Below are positions 40,302 to 50,657 of a stretch of DNA of 64,000 nucleotides, in pieces. The notes below the pieces were generated by a model, which had not been told where the DNA came from, made no database searches, and worked only from the letters and a program-made list of their open reading frames with translations. This DNA comes from Bdellovibrionota bacterium (GTDB lineage: Bacteria; Bdellovibrionota_G; JALEGL01; DATDPG01). Position numbers and translations under genes: made by a program. The stretch spans positions 480,001 to 544,000 of the forward strand of contig OY764265.1 of NCBI GenBank assembly GCA_963668355.1, written 5' to 3'. The first letter of the stretch is position 1. Every line of letters starts with the position of its first letter.

Positions 40302-43117
40302 CCTTCCATCACCTTGGCACATCGCTCACAGAGTTCGGGATGTTTCGAAACTTTTCCCAAGGTTTCAGCATATGTCCAGCATCGGGGGCATCGTTCCCCC
40401 TCAATGGCCGCTACCCCCACTTTAAACCCTGGGACCTCCTCGGATTCCACGGGCTTTAAATCGGAGGATAACCCCTCCACCACTTTGACCCGAGACACAA
40501 TCCACAATAGAGGAAGTTCATCTCCCAAAGATCCCAATAATTCTCGGTCTTCCTGTTCGGCAACGATTTCCACTCTTGCCTCCAAGGATTGGCCAATCTT
40601 TTGAGATTTTCTCAAGTCTTCCAGGGCCTTTGAAACCACGGATTTCAAAAGGAGTAAACGTTCCCATCGAGCCACAAATGCTTCATCCGCTTTAGACTCC
40701 GCGTTCGGAAATTCCGCCAAATGAACGGATGACGTTTTTCCGTCAAATATTGGCAAGAACTCCCAAATTTCCTCCGCGGTCACCGGAAGAATGGGAGCCA
40801 AGAACAAGGCCAAACCTTTTCCGATTTCGAAAAGAAGTGTCTGGATGCTTCGCCGTCGAGGGCCCGAAGCGGGGTCACAATAAAGAATGTCTTTGGCGAC
40901 ATCCAAATACTGAGAACTCAGATCCACCACGCAGAACTCATTGATGCTGGAAATGACGGTGTGGAAATCGTATTTTTCGTACGCCCCACGAACTTTTTGA
41001 ATCAGTTTGGCCCAACGCTCCCATATCCATCGATCCATCTCTCGCGCCAGTTTGTCATAAGCAACGACATCCTTACTGGGATCGAAATCCGACAAATTGC
41101 CCAAAGCAAAGCGGGCAGTATTGCGAATGCGTCGGTAACTTTCGACCACTCGATCCATGATTTCATCCGAAAAACGAATATCATCATGATAATTCTCCGT
41201 GGCCACCCATAGTCGCAACATCTCGGAGCCACGCTGCTTCACAAAGTCATCCGCCAACACAAAATTTCCCAAAGACTTTGACATCTTCCGGCCATTTCCA
41301 TCGACCACAAAACCATGTGTGATGACGGCACGATAAGGGGCTTTTCCACGAGAGGCCAAACCTTCCAACAACGAACTTTGGAACCAGCCTCGATGTTGAT
41401 CACTTCCCTCCAAATAGAGATCTCCAGGCCAACTCAGGTTTTCTCGTTTCTCCAACACGGCCGCATGACTGGAGCCGGAATCAAACCAAACATCGAGAAT
41501 GTCATTTCCCTTCTCGAACTCAGCTTCTCCGCATTTGGGGCACTTGGTTCCCGACGGCAAAAAGTCATTCGCCTCGCGAGAAAACCACGCATCCGCACTT
41601 TCCTGTTCGAAAATGTCGGCCGCCTTGGCCACCGCCTCGGCCGAAAGAAAATACTCTCCACATTTCTTGCATCCAAAGGAAACCAGAGGAACGCCCCACG
41701 TTCGTTGGCGCGACAAACACCAGTCGGGTCGAGCTTCAACCATCGACCGAATACGTTCCTTGCCCCATTGAGGAATCCAACTCACCTGATTGATTTCGTT
41801 TAAAGCTTTCCCTTTGAGGTCATTTTTTTTCATGGAAAGGAACCACTGCGCAGTGGCTCGGAAAATGATGGGACTCTTACAACGCCAACAATGAGGATAG
41901 GAGTGATGAATCTCAATGACCTCGCCAAAGAGTCGGCCCGATTGTTTCAAATGGTCAATGATGACCGGGTTGGCTTTAAAAACGTGCTGACCGGCGAAAT
42001 GTTCCACATCGGATTCAAAACATCCATTCCCCAAAACCGGGGAATAGATTTCAATGTCGTGTTGCAATCCAAGCTCGTAGTCTTCCTCTCCGTGGCCAGG
42101 AGCTGTGTGAACCAGCCCGGAACCGGTGTCCATGGTCACATGATCTCCTGCCAAAAAAGGAATCTCTCGGTCAATCCAGGGATGACGGGCTTTGAGCTTT
42201 GACAGGCCGCCCGTTTGGTCGGACTCGCCCACCGAAGCCACAACCTCCAAAGAAATGTCATGGGCTTTGGAGATGGCCTCCACCAGTTTTTCGGCCACCA
42301 AGAAATGTCCCTTCACGCCCGAGGCTTTGGCAATTACGTAATTTTCACGAGGGCTATAGGCAATGGCCATGGATGCCGGAAGCGTCCAGGGCGTGGTGGT
42401 CCAAATCATGGCCAAACGATCTTCTTTGGGAACTTCGGGAAGACCCAATTCCTCCCACCCCTCGACGATGGGATACGCCACAAAAATGCTGGGTGAGGTG
42501 TGATCGGCATATTCAATTTCGGCTTCGGCCAAAGCCGTTTCACAGGAAGCACACCAGTGAATCGCTCGGCGACGGCGGTAGACATACCCCTCTTCCACCA
42601 TTTTTCCGAACTCTCGCTCAATCTGAGCTTGGTATTCATAGTTCATGGTCAGATAAGGGTTTTCCCATTCTGCGAAGATGCCCAATCTTCTGAAGCCCTT
42701 CCGCTGGATGTCGACGAATTTTTGAGCGTAGGTTCGACATTCCTTCCGAAGAGCCACGGAATCCAGGGATTTCCTCTTGGAGCCCAACTTTTTGACCACC
42801 TGATGCTCGATGGGAAGACCATGACAGTCCCACCCCGGAACGTAGGGCACTCGAAATCCAGCCATTGTTTTGGACTTTACGACAAAGTCCTTCAGGGTCT
42901 TGTTTAGAGCCGTTCCCAAGTGAAGCTGACCATTGGCATACGGAGGCCCATCGTGAAGGATGAAGAGCGGCTTATCCTTGCGAGACTCCAGAATCTGCTC
43001 ATAGAGATTCTCCTGTTCCCATCGTTTGAGGAATTCGGGCTCTCGTTGAGTCAAATTCGCCTTCATGGGAAATTTGGTGTTTGGAAGCGTTAAGGTTTTC
43101 TTATATTCATTGCCCAT
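40298..43117 (-). CDS. ileS: Isoleucine--tRNA ligase type 1
   Basis: LHDGPPYANG.LHLGT, GWDCHGLPIE, WTTTPWT, DWCLSRQR, EGSDQHRGWF, KMSKS, C-terminal Zn finger. Confidence 0.98.
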   Translation of the reverse strand: MGNEYKKTLTLPNTKFPMKANLTQREPEFLKRWEQENLYEQILESRKDKPLFILHDGPPYANGQLHLGTALNKTLKDFVVKSKTMAGFRVPYVPGWDCHGLPIEHQVVKKLGSKRKSLDSVALRKECRTYAQKFVDIQRKGFRRLGIFAEWENPYLTMNYEYQAQIEREFGKMVEEGYVYRRRRAIHWCASCETALAEAEIEYADHTSPSIFVAYPIVEGWEELGLPEVPKEDRLAMIWTTTPWTLPASMAIAYSPRENYVIAKASGVKGHFLVAEKLVEAISKAHDISLEVVASVGESDQTGGLSKLKARHPWIDREIPFLAGDHVTMDTGSGLVHTAPGHGEEDYELGLQHDIEIYSPVLGNGCFESDVEHFAGQHVFKANPVIIDHLKQSGRLFGEVIEIHHSYPHCWRCKSPIIFRATAQWFLSMKKNDLKGKALNEINQVSWIPQWGKERIRSMVEARPDWCLSRQRTWGVPLVSFGCKKCGEYFLSAEAVAKAADIFEQESADAWFSREANDFLPSGTKCPKCGEAEFEKGNDILDVWFDSGSSHAAVLEKRENLSWPGDLYLEGSDQHRGWFQSSLLEGLASRGKAPYRAVITHGFVVDGNGRKMSKSLGNFVLADDFVKQRGSEMLRLWVATENYHDDIRFSDEIMDRVVESYRRIRNTARFALGNLSDFDPSKDVVAYDKLAREMDRWIWERWAKLIQKVRGAYEKYDFHTVISSINEFCVVDLSSQYLDVAKDILYCDPASGPRRRSIQTLLFEIGKGLALFLAPILPVTAEEIWEFLPIFDGKTSSVHLAEFPNAESKADEAFVARWERLLLLKSVVSKALEDLRKSQKIGQSLEARVEIVAEQEDRELLGSLGDELPLLWIVSRVKVVEGLSSDLKPVESEEVPGFKVGVAAIEGERCPRCWTYAETLGKVSKHPELCERCAKVMEG

Positions 43118-43132
43118 AATCTATTTGCCGCC

Positions 43133-43819
43133 ATGTCTACTCGTGAGAAAGGAAATCTGTCAAGGAAGAACCATTATTTCAGCTACTTCCACGACTTTTG
43201 GCAAGCCGGAGTGGATCTCCTCTTCCCACCCTGTTGTCACATCTGCAAGAAAGACTCGGGGGCTTTTCCCATGCCCTCCCTCTGCCAACAATGCTGGGCC
43301 TTAATCTTCGATCCCCTTCGGCCCGGAGCCGAAATCTGGGTCGGAGGAAGATACGAAGGACAACTGAAAAAACTCGTGGGAAAGGCCAAGTTTCAAGGAG
43401 ACGCACTGGCCATCGCTTCGATGGGGTTTTTGCTTGAGGAAACCTTTCATCAAGCCTCTTTCTTCCCACTTCCGGACCTCTTATTGTCGATCCCGGGCTC
43501 TCCCGAACGAATCCGAAAGAGGGGAATCAATTTACCCCACGCCCTGACCCGACATCTGAGTCGACGCCTCCATATTCCGACTCAGAATTCACTCCTCAAA
43601 CGCGTCAAAGAGACTCCCACACAGCAAGGCTTAAGCGAGTCCGCCCGAAGGAAAAATGTGCGTGGATGCTTTGCCGCCTCGGAAAGCGTGAGAGGAAAAC
43701 ACCTCCTTTTGATCGACGATGTCATGACCACGGGAAGCACCCTGGAAGAAGCTAAAAAGACACTGAAAGCTCATGAACCGGCCTCCATCCGCTGCCTCAT
43801 TGCCGCAAAAACGCTTTAG
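43133..43819 (+). CDS. comF: ComF family phosphoribosyltransferase-like protein
   Basis: LLFPPCCHIC...LCQQC, RKRGIN, RRKNV, LLIDDVMTTGST. True start may be GTG 43211. Confidence 0.9.
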   Translation: MSTREKGNLSRKNHYFSYFHDFWQAGVDLLFPPCCHICKKDSGAFPMPSLCQQCWALIFDPLRPGAEIWVGGRYEGQLKKLVGKAKFQGDALAIASMGFLLEETFHQASFFPLPDLLLSIPGSPERIRKRGINLPHALTRHLSRRLHIPTQNSLLKRVKETPTQQGLSESARRKNVRGCFAASESVRGKHLLLIDDVMTTGSTLEEAKKTLKAHEPASIRCLIAAKTL

Positions 43820-43914
43820 TTCCCCGTGCTATGCAATGTTTTCCCTCTTTTCCCCTTTAGGCTTGAGAACGTCTCTTTTTCATGAATGATCCTCTACACT
43901 TAAAAAGTACGCCC

Positions 43915-43932
43915 TCGGCATTTTTCTTGCTA
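43915..43932 (+). promoter_or_regulatory. Sigma54 (-24/-12) promoter
   Basis: TCGGCATTTTTCTTGCTA (GG-N10-GC), then SD-like AGGTGG and GTG 43961. Confidence 0.7.
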
Positions 43933-43960
43933 ATTCAATGATTCAGGTGGTGATGATCTC

Positions 43961-44992
43961 GTGAAACGACTTTTCATTCTTCCTTTATTGGTCTTGTTGG
44001 CTTGCAGTAGCCAGGTGGATCCCGCCTCCACAAGAGCCGACGCTCATGAGGGGTCGGTGGACTATGACAACGACCCTGTAATCCCGAACGAAAATTTCAC
44101 CCACACCATCGGTGAACGAATTTACGCCCAGAGTTTCGAGGCCGATGGGGATGATTGGCACGATGATTTCTCAGATGCATATGATTTTACGAGAGTCGCT
44201 CGTGTGAGCAACCGAGCACATGAGGGGGATTGGTCCATTCGTGGAAATCTCCAACACAATTTTGAAGATCCGATTACGGGATTGACGGGCAAGACCGGAT
44301 ATTTCGAATGGCAGCCCAATGAGCTTCAGGGACTCCATGAGGTCTTTGTCCGATATTGGTTCCGTTTAGATACTTCCACCTGGAATGGATATTACAATGG
44401 TGATTCATTGGAAGGTTTAGATCCATCTGAGTACGAAGCTGAGTGCCAATACCCGAACTATGATGCCGACAACCCGGCACGCGTGCTCACCGATCATGTG
44501 GCTGGAAAACTCTTGTACCTTTCGGACAATGACGTCGAAACGCATGCATACTTCATGGGAATGACCGCCGAATCAATCGTAAACAACGGGGCATACAGTG
44601 ACTACTACCACAACACGCTCCCTTATCCTTGGGGCGAGAATCCTTATGAACCCGAAGGCCAAGGACGACTAACAGCCTTGGATCCGGAATGGAGCATTCG
44701 CCCAGACGGGACTTGGCACAAATGGGAAATGTACCTTAACTATGATCAAGACTACGGAAGAGTCTGGGTTGATGGCCATTCCTTTTTGGACGACGCCACC
44801 GATGAAACACAGGAAGGCATCATTCGATTATCCCCTGAATTTTATTTAAGAGGTTTGCGTTTTTGGTATGCCTGGGATTGCTTCTTCATCAACTCTCTCG
44901 ACGGACCTGAGGGCGAATACGTCGGGGGTTGGCAAGTCGACGACCTTGAAATTTTCGACGGGCTTCCCGAAGAACTGGCCCTCACGGAATGA
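43961..44992 (+). CDS. Acidic, aromatic-rich lipoprotein, possible beta-jelly-roll (ConA/polysaccharide-lyase-like) fold
   Basis: Lipobox LLAC (Cys15); EVFVRYWFRL, GTWHKWEMYL, RVWVDG, WQVDDLEI. Fold is inferred. Confidence 0.7.
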   Translation: MKRLFILPLLVLLACSSQVDPASTRADAHEGSVDYDNDPVIPNENFTHTIGERIYAQSFEADGDDWHDDFSDAYDFTRVARVSNRAHEGDWSIRGNLQHNFEDPITGLTGKTGYFEWQPNELQGLHEVFVRYWFRLDTSTWNGYYNGDSLEGLDPSEYEAECQYPNYDADNPARVLTDHVAGKLLYLSDNDVETHAYFMGMTAESIVNNGAYSDYYHNTLPYPWGENPYEPEGQGRLTALDPEWSIRPDGTWHKWEMYLNYDQDYGRVWVDGHSFLDDATDETQEGIIRLSPEFYLRGLRFWYAWDCFFINSLDGPEGEYVGGWQVDDLEIFDGLPEELALTE

Positions 44993-46013
44993 GAATCAAT
45001 TTTCCCGTCGTTTGACCTGACTCCAGTGCGCGATGGGCCTCGGCAACCTGATCCATGGGAAATGCCGTAAACGGAAGAGGCGTGATTTTTTCTTCTTTAA
45101 GCCACGCATTGAGTTGGTTCATCGCTTCATTCAATAAATCTTTTCGTTCAAATAGAAATGAAAGGTTAAAACCTACGACACTCTTATTGTCCTGAGTCAT
45201 GTTGAGCGGATTGAGACGCAACGTTTTCAGAAACCCCGTCAACAATCTTACCCATTGAATCTTTCCCCCTTCTTGGGGAAAAAAGGTGTGAGCCCCGTAC
45301 ACCACCAACTTTCCGGTTGGACGCACCAGAGCGTAGCTTTCCTTGGTCGAAGATCCTCCATTGGCATCCAGCACGACATCAAACCCTTCCTTCGAAAGGT
45401 CTCTCGCACGCTCCCACCAATTCTCTTTTTCACGAACCAGCACATGCTTCGCGCCGTATCGAAGAGGAACTTCTGACTTATGTTCCCGGCCCACAATCGC
45501 CGTCACTTCGCAGCCTGCCAGGGTCGCCAACTGAACCAACGCACTCCCCACACCCCCTGCAGCCGAATGAACCAAGACCTTCATTCCCGATCGTAAAATA
45601 AAATGTTGAAACAAAGCATGATACGCCGTGATAAAGACCGTCGGAAAACCAGCCATGGACCGTACGGTTTGTCCGTCTGGCAAAGAGAAGACCTGATGTT
45701 CGGGGACATTCACATGACTGGCGTAACTTCCAAATCGCTTTACGCCAAATACGGGATCACCCACATCAAAACGCGCAACGTTTTTCCCGACCCCAACGAC
45801 CTTTCCTGCGAATTCAAAGCCCGGCGTGATGGGCCACCCCACATACTGCTTCGCCGATTCGTACAACCCCCATCGAATGATGCAATCGGCGTAATTCACC
45901 CCAATGGCTTGGGTTTCGACGCGAACCTCATTTTCTTTCAACGGTTCAAGTTCAAAATCTTCCACTCGAAGACGGTCATACCCGCCCGACTTATGAATTC
46001 TTACTCTCTTCAT
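44982..46013 (-). CDS. MDR-family NADPH:quinone oxidoreductase-like (VAT-1-like) protein
   Basis: GVNYAD, PGFEFAG, HSAAGGVG, TTGKLIL. Confidence 0.92.
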   Translation of the reverse strand: MKRVRIHKSGGYDRLRVEDFELEPLKENEVRVETQAIGVNYADCIIRWGLYESAKQYVGWPITPGFEFAGKVVGVGKNVARFDVGDPVFGVKRFGSYASHVNVPEHQVFSLPDGQTVRSMAGFPTVFITAYHALFQHFILRSGMKVLVHSAAGGVGSALVQLATLAGCEVTAIVGREHKSEVPLRYGAKHVLVREKENWWERARDLSKEGFDVVLDANGGSSTKESYALVRPTGKLVVYGAHTFFPQEGGKIQWVRLLTGFLKTLRLNPLNMTQDNKSVVGFNLSFLFERKDLLNEAMNQLNAWLKEEKITPLPFTAFPMDQVAEAHRALESGQTTGKLILIP

Positions 46014-47310
46014 TATTTTCCTCAGGCAAACCCCGTATCAACACGAACCCCACCAAAACAAATCCCAACAAAACCATAATTCCCACCCCCTGAGCCACCA
46101 AGGGTTCGGATCCGAAAACTTCCATCATCACATAGCTGCTCAAAGCCCAAATGGCCGGACCTGTCAAAGCTGAGAAACGACCCACCATGCCATACAATCC
46201 GAAAAACTCACCCACGCGAGCGGGAGGGGCCATGCGCAACAAGAGAGACCGATCGGCAGACCAAACCCCTCCCAACCCCAAACCGGCCAAAACCCCCACG
46301 ACATAAAGAACCTGAAGTGGCAAACCCAACCAGGCAATCGCAATCGCCAATAGGAAAGTTAAAATCCAGAGATAGAGCACCCAAACCAGTGTTCGCTTGG
46401 GTCCAAAACGATCCGTCAACCACCCCCACACAAAACCACCGGGGACAGCGAAGATGATTGCCGCCAACATGACCGCGTAAACAGCCTGTTCACCTGCGTT
46501 CTTCTCGAGTCCCGTTCCAAGCGCCACATTGATGCAAAAGAGCCCCATTACGGCAATCACCGTATTGATCGCATCCGTATAAAAGACACGCGCCACCAAA
46601 AACCGAAGCAGGCCCGGAAACTCCCTGGTGGCTTTGAGCGTTTGAACCGTTTGGCGAATCAACTCACCCACCGCTCGCCAACGAAACTTCTTGGGACGAA
46701 GGTTCTCTTTTTCTTCGACAAAGAGAAAACAGGGCAACGAAAACAATAAAAACGTTCCCGCAATGACCGTAAACAATGTCGGTTTATCCAGTTCCTTAAA
46801 CGCCAGTCCATATGAAATGGCGATCAAGGCCCCCAAATACCCGAGCCCCACCCCAATGCCCCCGATTCGACCCCGATTCTCTGGCGTACTCACAGAAGCC
46901 AAGAGGGAATCATAAAATTGAAGACCGGCATTATAACTTGCCAGGGCCACAACAAAGAGAATCAAAGCCCAAACGAACGGAAGATGCCCCATGATGCCCG
47001 TCGCCAACACGCAGATGCCCGTACTCACGACTAAAAAAGGCATGCGGCGTCTGGCGCGATCACTCAGTGCACCCAAAATGGGAGCCAAGAGAAAAATAAT
47101 CCCAAACGAAATGGACGTGAGAACCCCAAAGACTTTGTCGGCTTTTTCGGCTCCAACTTGCTCCCGAATCCACAGGGCAAAAAACAACGATTCGATTCCC
47201 ATCGAAAAAATGGTGTTCGCAATGTCGTAGAGCCACCAACTGCCTACGGGCAACCAGGGTTTACGAATCTTAGACCCCGAAATTTCGAACATACCGGCGG
47301 GATCATACAC
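45991..47310 (-). CDS. MFS transporter (UMF1/Atg22-like)
   Basis: WLYDIANT, LGALSDR, YDSLL, GLGYLG, DRFGPK, FFGLY; about 12 TM segments. Confidence 0.9.
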   Translation of the reverse strand: MYDPAGMFEISGSKIRKPWLPVGSWWLYDIANTIFSMGIESLFFALWIREQVGAEKADKVFGVLTSISFGIIFLLAPILGALSDRARRRMPFLVVSTGICVLATGIMGHLPFVWALILFVVALASYNAGLQFYDSLLASVSTPENRGRIGGIGVGLGYLGALIAISYGLAFKELDKPTLFTVIAGTFLLFSLPCFLFVEEKENLRPKKFRWRAVGELIRQTVQTLKATREFPGLLRFLVARVFYTDAINTVIAVMGLFCINVALGTGLEKNAGEQAVYAVMLAAIIFAVPGGFVWGWLTDRFGPKRTLVWVLYLWILTFLLAIAIAWLGLPLQVLYVVGVLAGLGLGGVWSADRSLLLRMAPPARVGEFFGLYGMVGRFSALTGPAIWALSSYVMMEVFGSEPLVAQGVGIMVLLGFVLVGFVLIRGLPEENNEESKNS

Positions 47311-47363
47311 GAAACCTCACCCCTTGCAGTTCCTGGGAGCATGAGCTAAAACCCGCGGCCAGC

Positions 47364-48353
47364 ATGAGCATCTTTGAGAAAATATCGAAAGGCACCCAAA
47401 AGCCCATGTTCATGGGGCCCATGGAGGGCATCACGGACCTTCCTTTTCGCAGCATCCTTAGAGAACATGGCTGCAATGTCATTTGTACGCAGATGATTCA
47501 TGCCGAGGCCCTTCTACACGGAAAGCCTGAAAAAATTGCCGAGGTCGCCACCATGAACGCTCAAGAACAACCCGTAGGGCTACAGCTTTGCGGCCCCACC
47601 TTTGAGGTGGTCGGGGAAGCGGCCAAGAAGGCTCAGAATTTGGGGGCCGCATTCATTGATCTCAATATGGGGTGCCCAGCCAAAAACGTCGTCAAAATCG
47701 GAGCAGGGGCTGCCTATATGAAAGCTCCGGAAAGAGCGGCTGCTTTGGTAAAAGCGGTGGTAGGCCGTGTGACCATTCCCGTTACCGTAAAGATTCGAGC
47801 TGGATGGGATGACGAACTCAAAACCGCTTTGGAAGTTGCCAAAGCCACACAGGAAGAAGGCGCTGCATTGCTTACGGTTCATGCCAGAACCCGGTCTCAA
47901 AGATTCAAAGGCCAAGCCGATTGGTCCCTCATCAAAAAGCTCAAAGAAACCTTATCCATTCCGGTCATTGGAAATGGAGATGTGTTCACGCCCGAAGATG
48001 CAGAAAAAATGTTTCAGGTCACTGGAGCCGACGGCGTGATGGCCGCGCGAGGAGCCCTTGGAAACCCATGGCTTTTTGAGGGAAAGCATCCAAATGTAGA
48101 GGACATTCAAAAAACCGTTCTCAAACATCTTCAACGACATTTGGATTTTTATCCGCGAAAAGAACTGGCGCTAAAAACGTTTCGAAAACACTTGGTGTGG
48201 TATACGAAAGGACTTCACCAAGCAGCTGAATTCCGCTGGAAAGTATTTAAGAAAGAAAAGCGCGAGGAAGTAATTGATATGATCAATGAGTACTTCCATG
48301 GCTTAAAAGACCGACAAACCACACGCAATCTTCCTGGCCCCTACCATCACTAG
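47364..48353 (+). CDS. dusB: tRNA-dihydrouridine synthase DusB
   Basis: PMEGITDLPFR, DLNMGCP, PVTVKIR.GWD, VHARTR, NGDV, RGALGNPW, RKHLVWY. Confidence 0.95.
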   Translation: MSIFEKISKGTQKPMFMGPMEGITDLPFRSILREHGCNVICTQMIHAEALLHGKPEKIAEVATMNAQEQPVGLQLCGPTFEVVGEAAKKAQNLGAAFIDLNMGCPAKNVVKIGAGAAYMKAPERAAALVKAVVGRVTIPVTVKIRAGWDDELKTALEVAKATQEEGAALLTVHARTRSQRFKGQADWSLIKKLKETLSIPVIGNGDVFTPEDAEKMFQVTGADGVMAARGALGNPWLFEGKHPNVEDIQKTVLKHLQRHLDFYPRKELALKTFRKHLVWYTKGLHQAAEFRWKVFKKEKREEVIDMINEYFHGLKDRQTTRNLPGPYHH

Positions 48354-48368
48354 CCTCCTGTTGAAAAC

Positions 48369-48397
48369 TCCCCAAAGTGAACAGTTCATTTTGGGGA
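48369..48397. repeat. 13-bp near-perfect inverted repeat (palindrome copy 2)
   Basis: TCCCCAAAGTGAA-CAG-TTCATTTTGGGGA; related to 8298-8328. Confidence 0.8.
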
Positions 48398-48418
48398 ATC
48401 TTCTGATATTTTTCCCAC

Positions 48419-49282
48419 ATGCGCATTCTACAACTTGTTCTCTTTCTCTCGATTACGCTCATTCATCTAAGCGCTTTAGCTACCCCTTGGCATGAAGCCT
48501 CCTCTTTCGCTCCGGTTGGAAAAAAGGTCGAACACCTTCTCAAGCAACACAAACCCTCCAAAATCCTTCTCGTCCTGGACATCGACAACACGCTCCTGGC
48601 CATGAACGAACCGTTGGGAAGTGATCAGTGGTTTGGCTGGCAAACCCAACTTCTACAAACGCCAATGCACGAAATGGAACAAGTGGCGTCTTCCTTCTCA
48701 AGCTTGCTGGACATTCAAAAAGAGCTTTTTGAGTGGGGATCCATGCGCCCGACAGACCCAAACGCTCCTAAAATTCTAGAAAAATTACAAAAACGGGGAA
48801 TTGCCACACTGGTTTTAACCTCACGTGGCCCCGTTTTGCGAAAAGTCACCCATCGTGAATTGAAAAGTAATGGATACGATTTTTCATCCACAGCACCCCA
48901 ACCTCGTTTTAAAGAAGAATGGTTACCCACAAACGGCAAAAACAGCCTTGCATTAAGCCCCAAAGAGGAACGAGCGTTTGGCATGGATTCACCCAGACCG
49001 GTCAGTTATTCCGAAGGGATTTTTCTCACTTCCGGGCAACACAAAGGAGCCATGCTTCGAGTTCTTCTCCACGATCTCAAGTTAGATCACGCGTTTAACG
49101 CCATTGTTTTTGTGGATGATCATAAAAGACATGTCACTCGGATGCTTGAAGCTTTTAAACTGATTCCGGACATTCAGGTGACGGCTTTTCACTTCATGGG
49201 TGAAAAATCCAACGTCGATTCATTCAATAAAAGCGACAAGAAAGAAGTTCACCGAGCGTTCAAAGCGTTTCAGAAAAAGTAA
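48419..49282 (+). CDS. Exported HAD-superfamily protein (DUF2608-like)
   Basis: Signal peptide; LVLDIDNTLL, LTSR, KG, IVFVDD. Confidence 0.82.
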   Translation: MRILQLVLFLSITLIHLSALATPWHEASSFAPVGKKVEHLLKQHKPSKILLVLDIDNTLLAMNEPLGSDQWFGWQTQLLQTPMHEMEQVASSFSSLLDIQKELFEWGSMRPTDPNAPKILEKLQKRGIATLVLTSRGPVLRKVTHRELKSNGYDFSSTAPQPRFKEEWLPTNGKNSLALSPKEERAFGMDSPRPVSYSEGIFLTSGQHKGAMLRVLLHDLKLDHAFNAIVFVDDHKRHVTRMLEAFKLIPDIQVTAFHFMGEKSNVDSFNKSDKKEVHRAFKAFQKK

Positions 49283-49288
49283 TTCGCC

Positions 49289-50647
49289 CTAAACCGATGA
49301 TTCGCCATATTCAAACGCGAGGTTTTCAAAGCGTGTGTATTGGCCGAGGAAGGCCAGTCTGGCTACGCCTGTCGGACCATTTCGATGCTTGGCAATGATG
49401 ATCTCAGCGATACCCTTATCAGGGGTATCCTCGTTGTACACTTCGTCACGATAGATGAAGCCAATGATATCAGCATCTTGTTCAATTGCGCCCGATTCCC
49501 GAAGGTCTGACATATGAGGTCTTTTATCCTCCCGAGATTCGACGCCCCGGTTTAACTGAGAAAGGGCAATCACGGGGACATGTAGCTCTTTGGCCATGGA
49601 CTTCATGGATCGAGAGATCTCGGAAATTTCCCGTTCTCGGCTCTCGGACCGCCCACGACCGCTCATCAACTGCAAATAGTCCACAATGATTAAACCGAGT
49701 CCTCTCGAAGCTTTCAAACGCCTGCATTTGGCCCGCATGTCCAGCGTTCCTGATTGTGCTGAGTCATCGATGAAGATCTTGGCTTCCGAAAGTTCACCGG
49801 CCGCTTGCGTCAAACGCATCCACTCGTCTTCATCAATCAATCCCGAACGCAAACGCGAAGAATCAATCCGCGCATGGGAGCACAGTAAACGTGTCGCCAA
49901 CTGCTCTCGCGCCATTTCCAACGAAAAGATGGCCACGGGCGTTCCACAGTTCGTGGCCGCATGTTGGGCTAGATTCAAACAAAAGGACGTCTTTCCCATG
50001 GAGGGACGCCCCGCGATGATGATCAAGTCGGACGACTGAAGACCAGACGTCATCTTATCCAGCTCTCGAAAACCCGTCGGAAGTCCGGTAATCAGCTCTT
50101 TTCGCTCGTAGTTGTACTCGATTTGCTTAAAAGACTCTTTGATGACAGAGGACAGAGGAGCCAAAGAGTTCCGCGCTCTTCGCTCCGAAACTTCAAAAAT
50201 GACCTTTTCGGCTTCATCCAGAAATTCCGCAACATCTGCGCCTTCCTCATAACCATTCGTGACAATGCTTGTCGCCGCAGAGATCACCTCTCGCTGAACG
50301 GCTTTATCTTTCACGATTTTGGCATAGTGCATGACGTTTGCCGCAGTGGGAACAGCATCCACCAGCGTTGCCAGGTAACTCGCCCCACCCATCGATTCCA
50401 GTTTTCCGTCTTTCTTCAACTCATTGGTCAGCGTAACCAAGTCGGCCGGTTCGCTCCGATCTACCAACGATAAAACGGCATCGAAAATTTTTCGATTGGC
50501 TTCTTTGTAAAAGTCTTCGGGGCGAAGAACTTCGATCACCTCATGCACGGCTTCGTTGTCCAGGAGGATGGCCCCCAAGACAGACTGCTCCGCCTCCAAG
50601 TTTTGTGGAGGAACGCGATTTCCGAAGGAATGATTGCCGTTTGGCAT
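49289..50647 (-). CDS. dnaB: Replicative DNA helicase
   Basis: PPQNLEAEQSVLG, GRPSMGKT, FSLEM, VDYLQL, LSQLNR, DLRESGAIEQDAD, KHRNG; no intein. Confidence 0.98.
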   Translation of the reverse strand: MPNGNHSFGNRVPPQNLEAEQSVLGAILLDNEAVHEVIEVLRPEDFYKEANRKIFDAVLSLVDRSEPADLVTLTNELKKDGKLESMGGASYLATLVDAVPTAANVMHYAKIVKDKAVQREVISAATSIVTNGYEEGADVAEFLDEAEKVIFEVSERRARNSLAPLSSVIKESFKQIEYNYERKELITGLPTGFRELDKMTSGLQSSDLIIIAGRPSMGKTSFCLNLAQHAATNCGTPVAIFSLEMAREQLATRLLCSHARIDSSRLRSGLIDEDEWMRLTQAAGELSEAKIFIDDSAQSGTLDMRAKCRRLKASRGLGLIIVDYLQLMSGRGRSESREREISEISRSMKSMAKELHVPVIALSQLNRGVESREDKRPHMSDLRESGAIEQDADIIGFIYRDEVYNEDTPDKGIAEIIIAKHRNGPTGVARLAFLGQYTRFENLAFEYGESSV

Positions 50648-50657
50648 TCCGTTCTAT

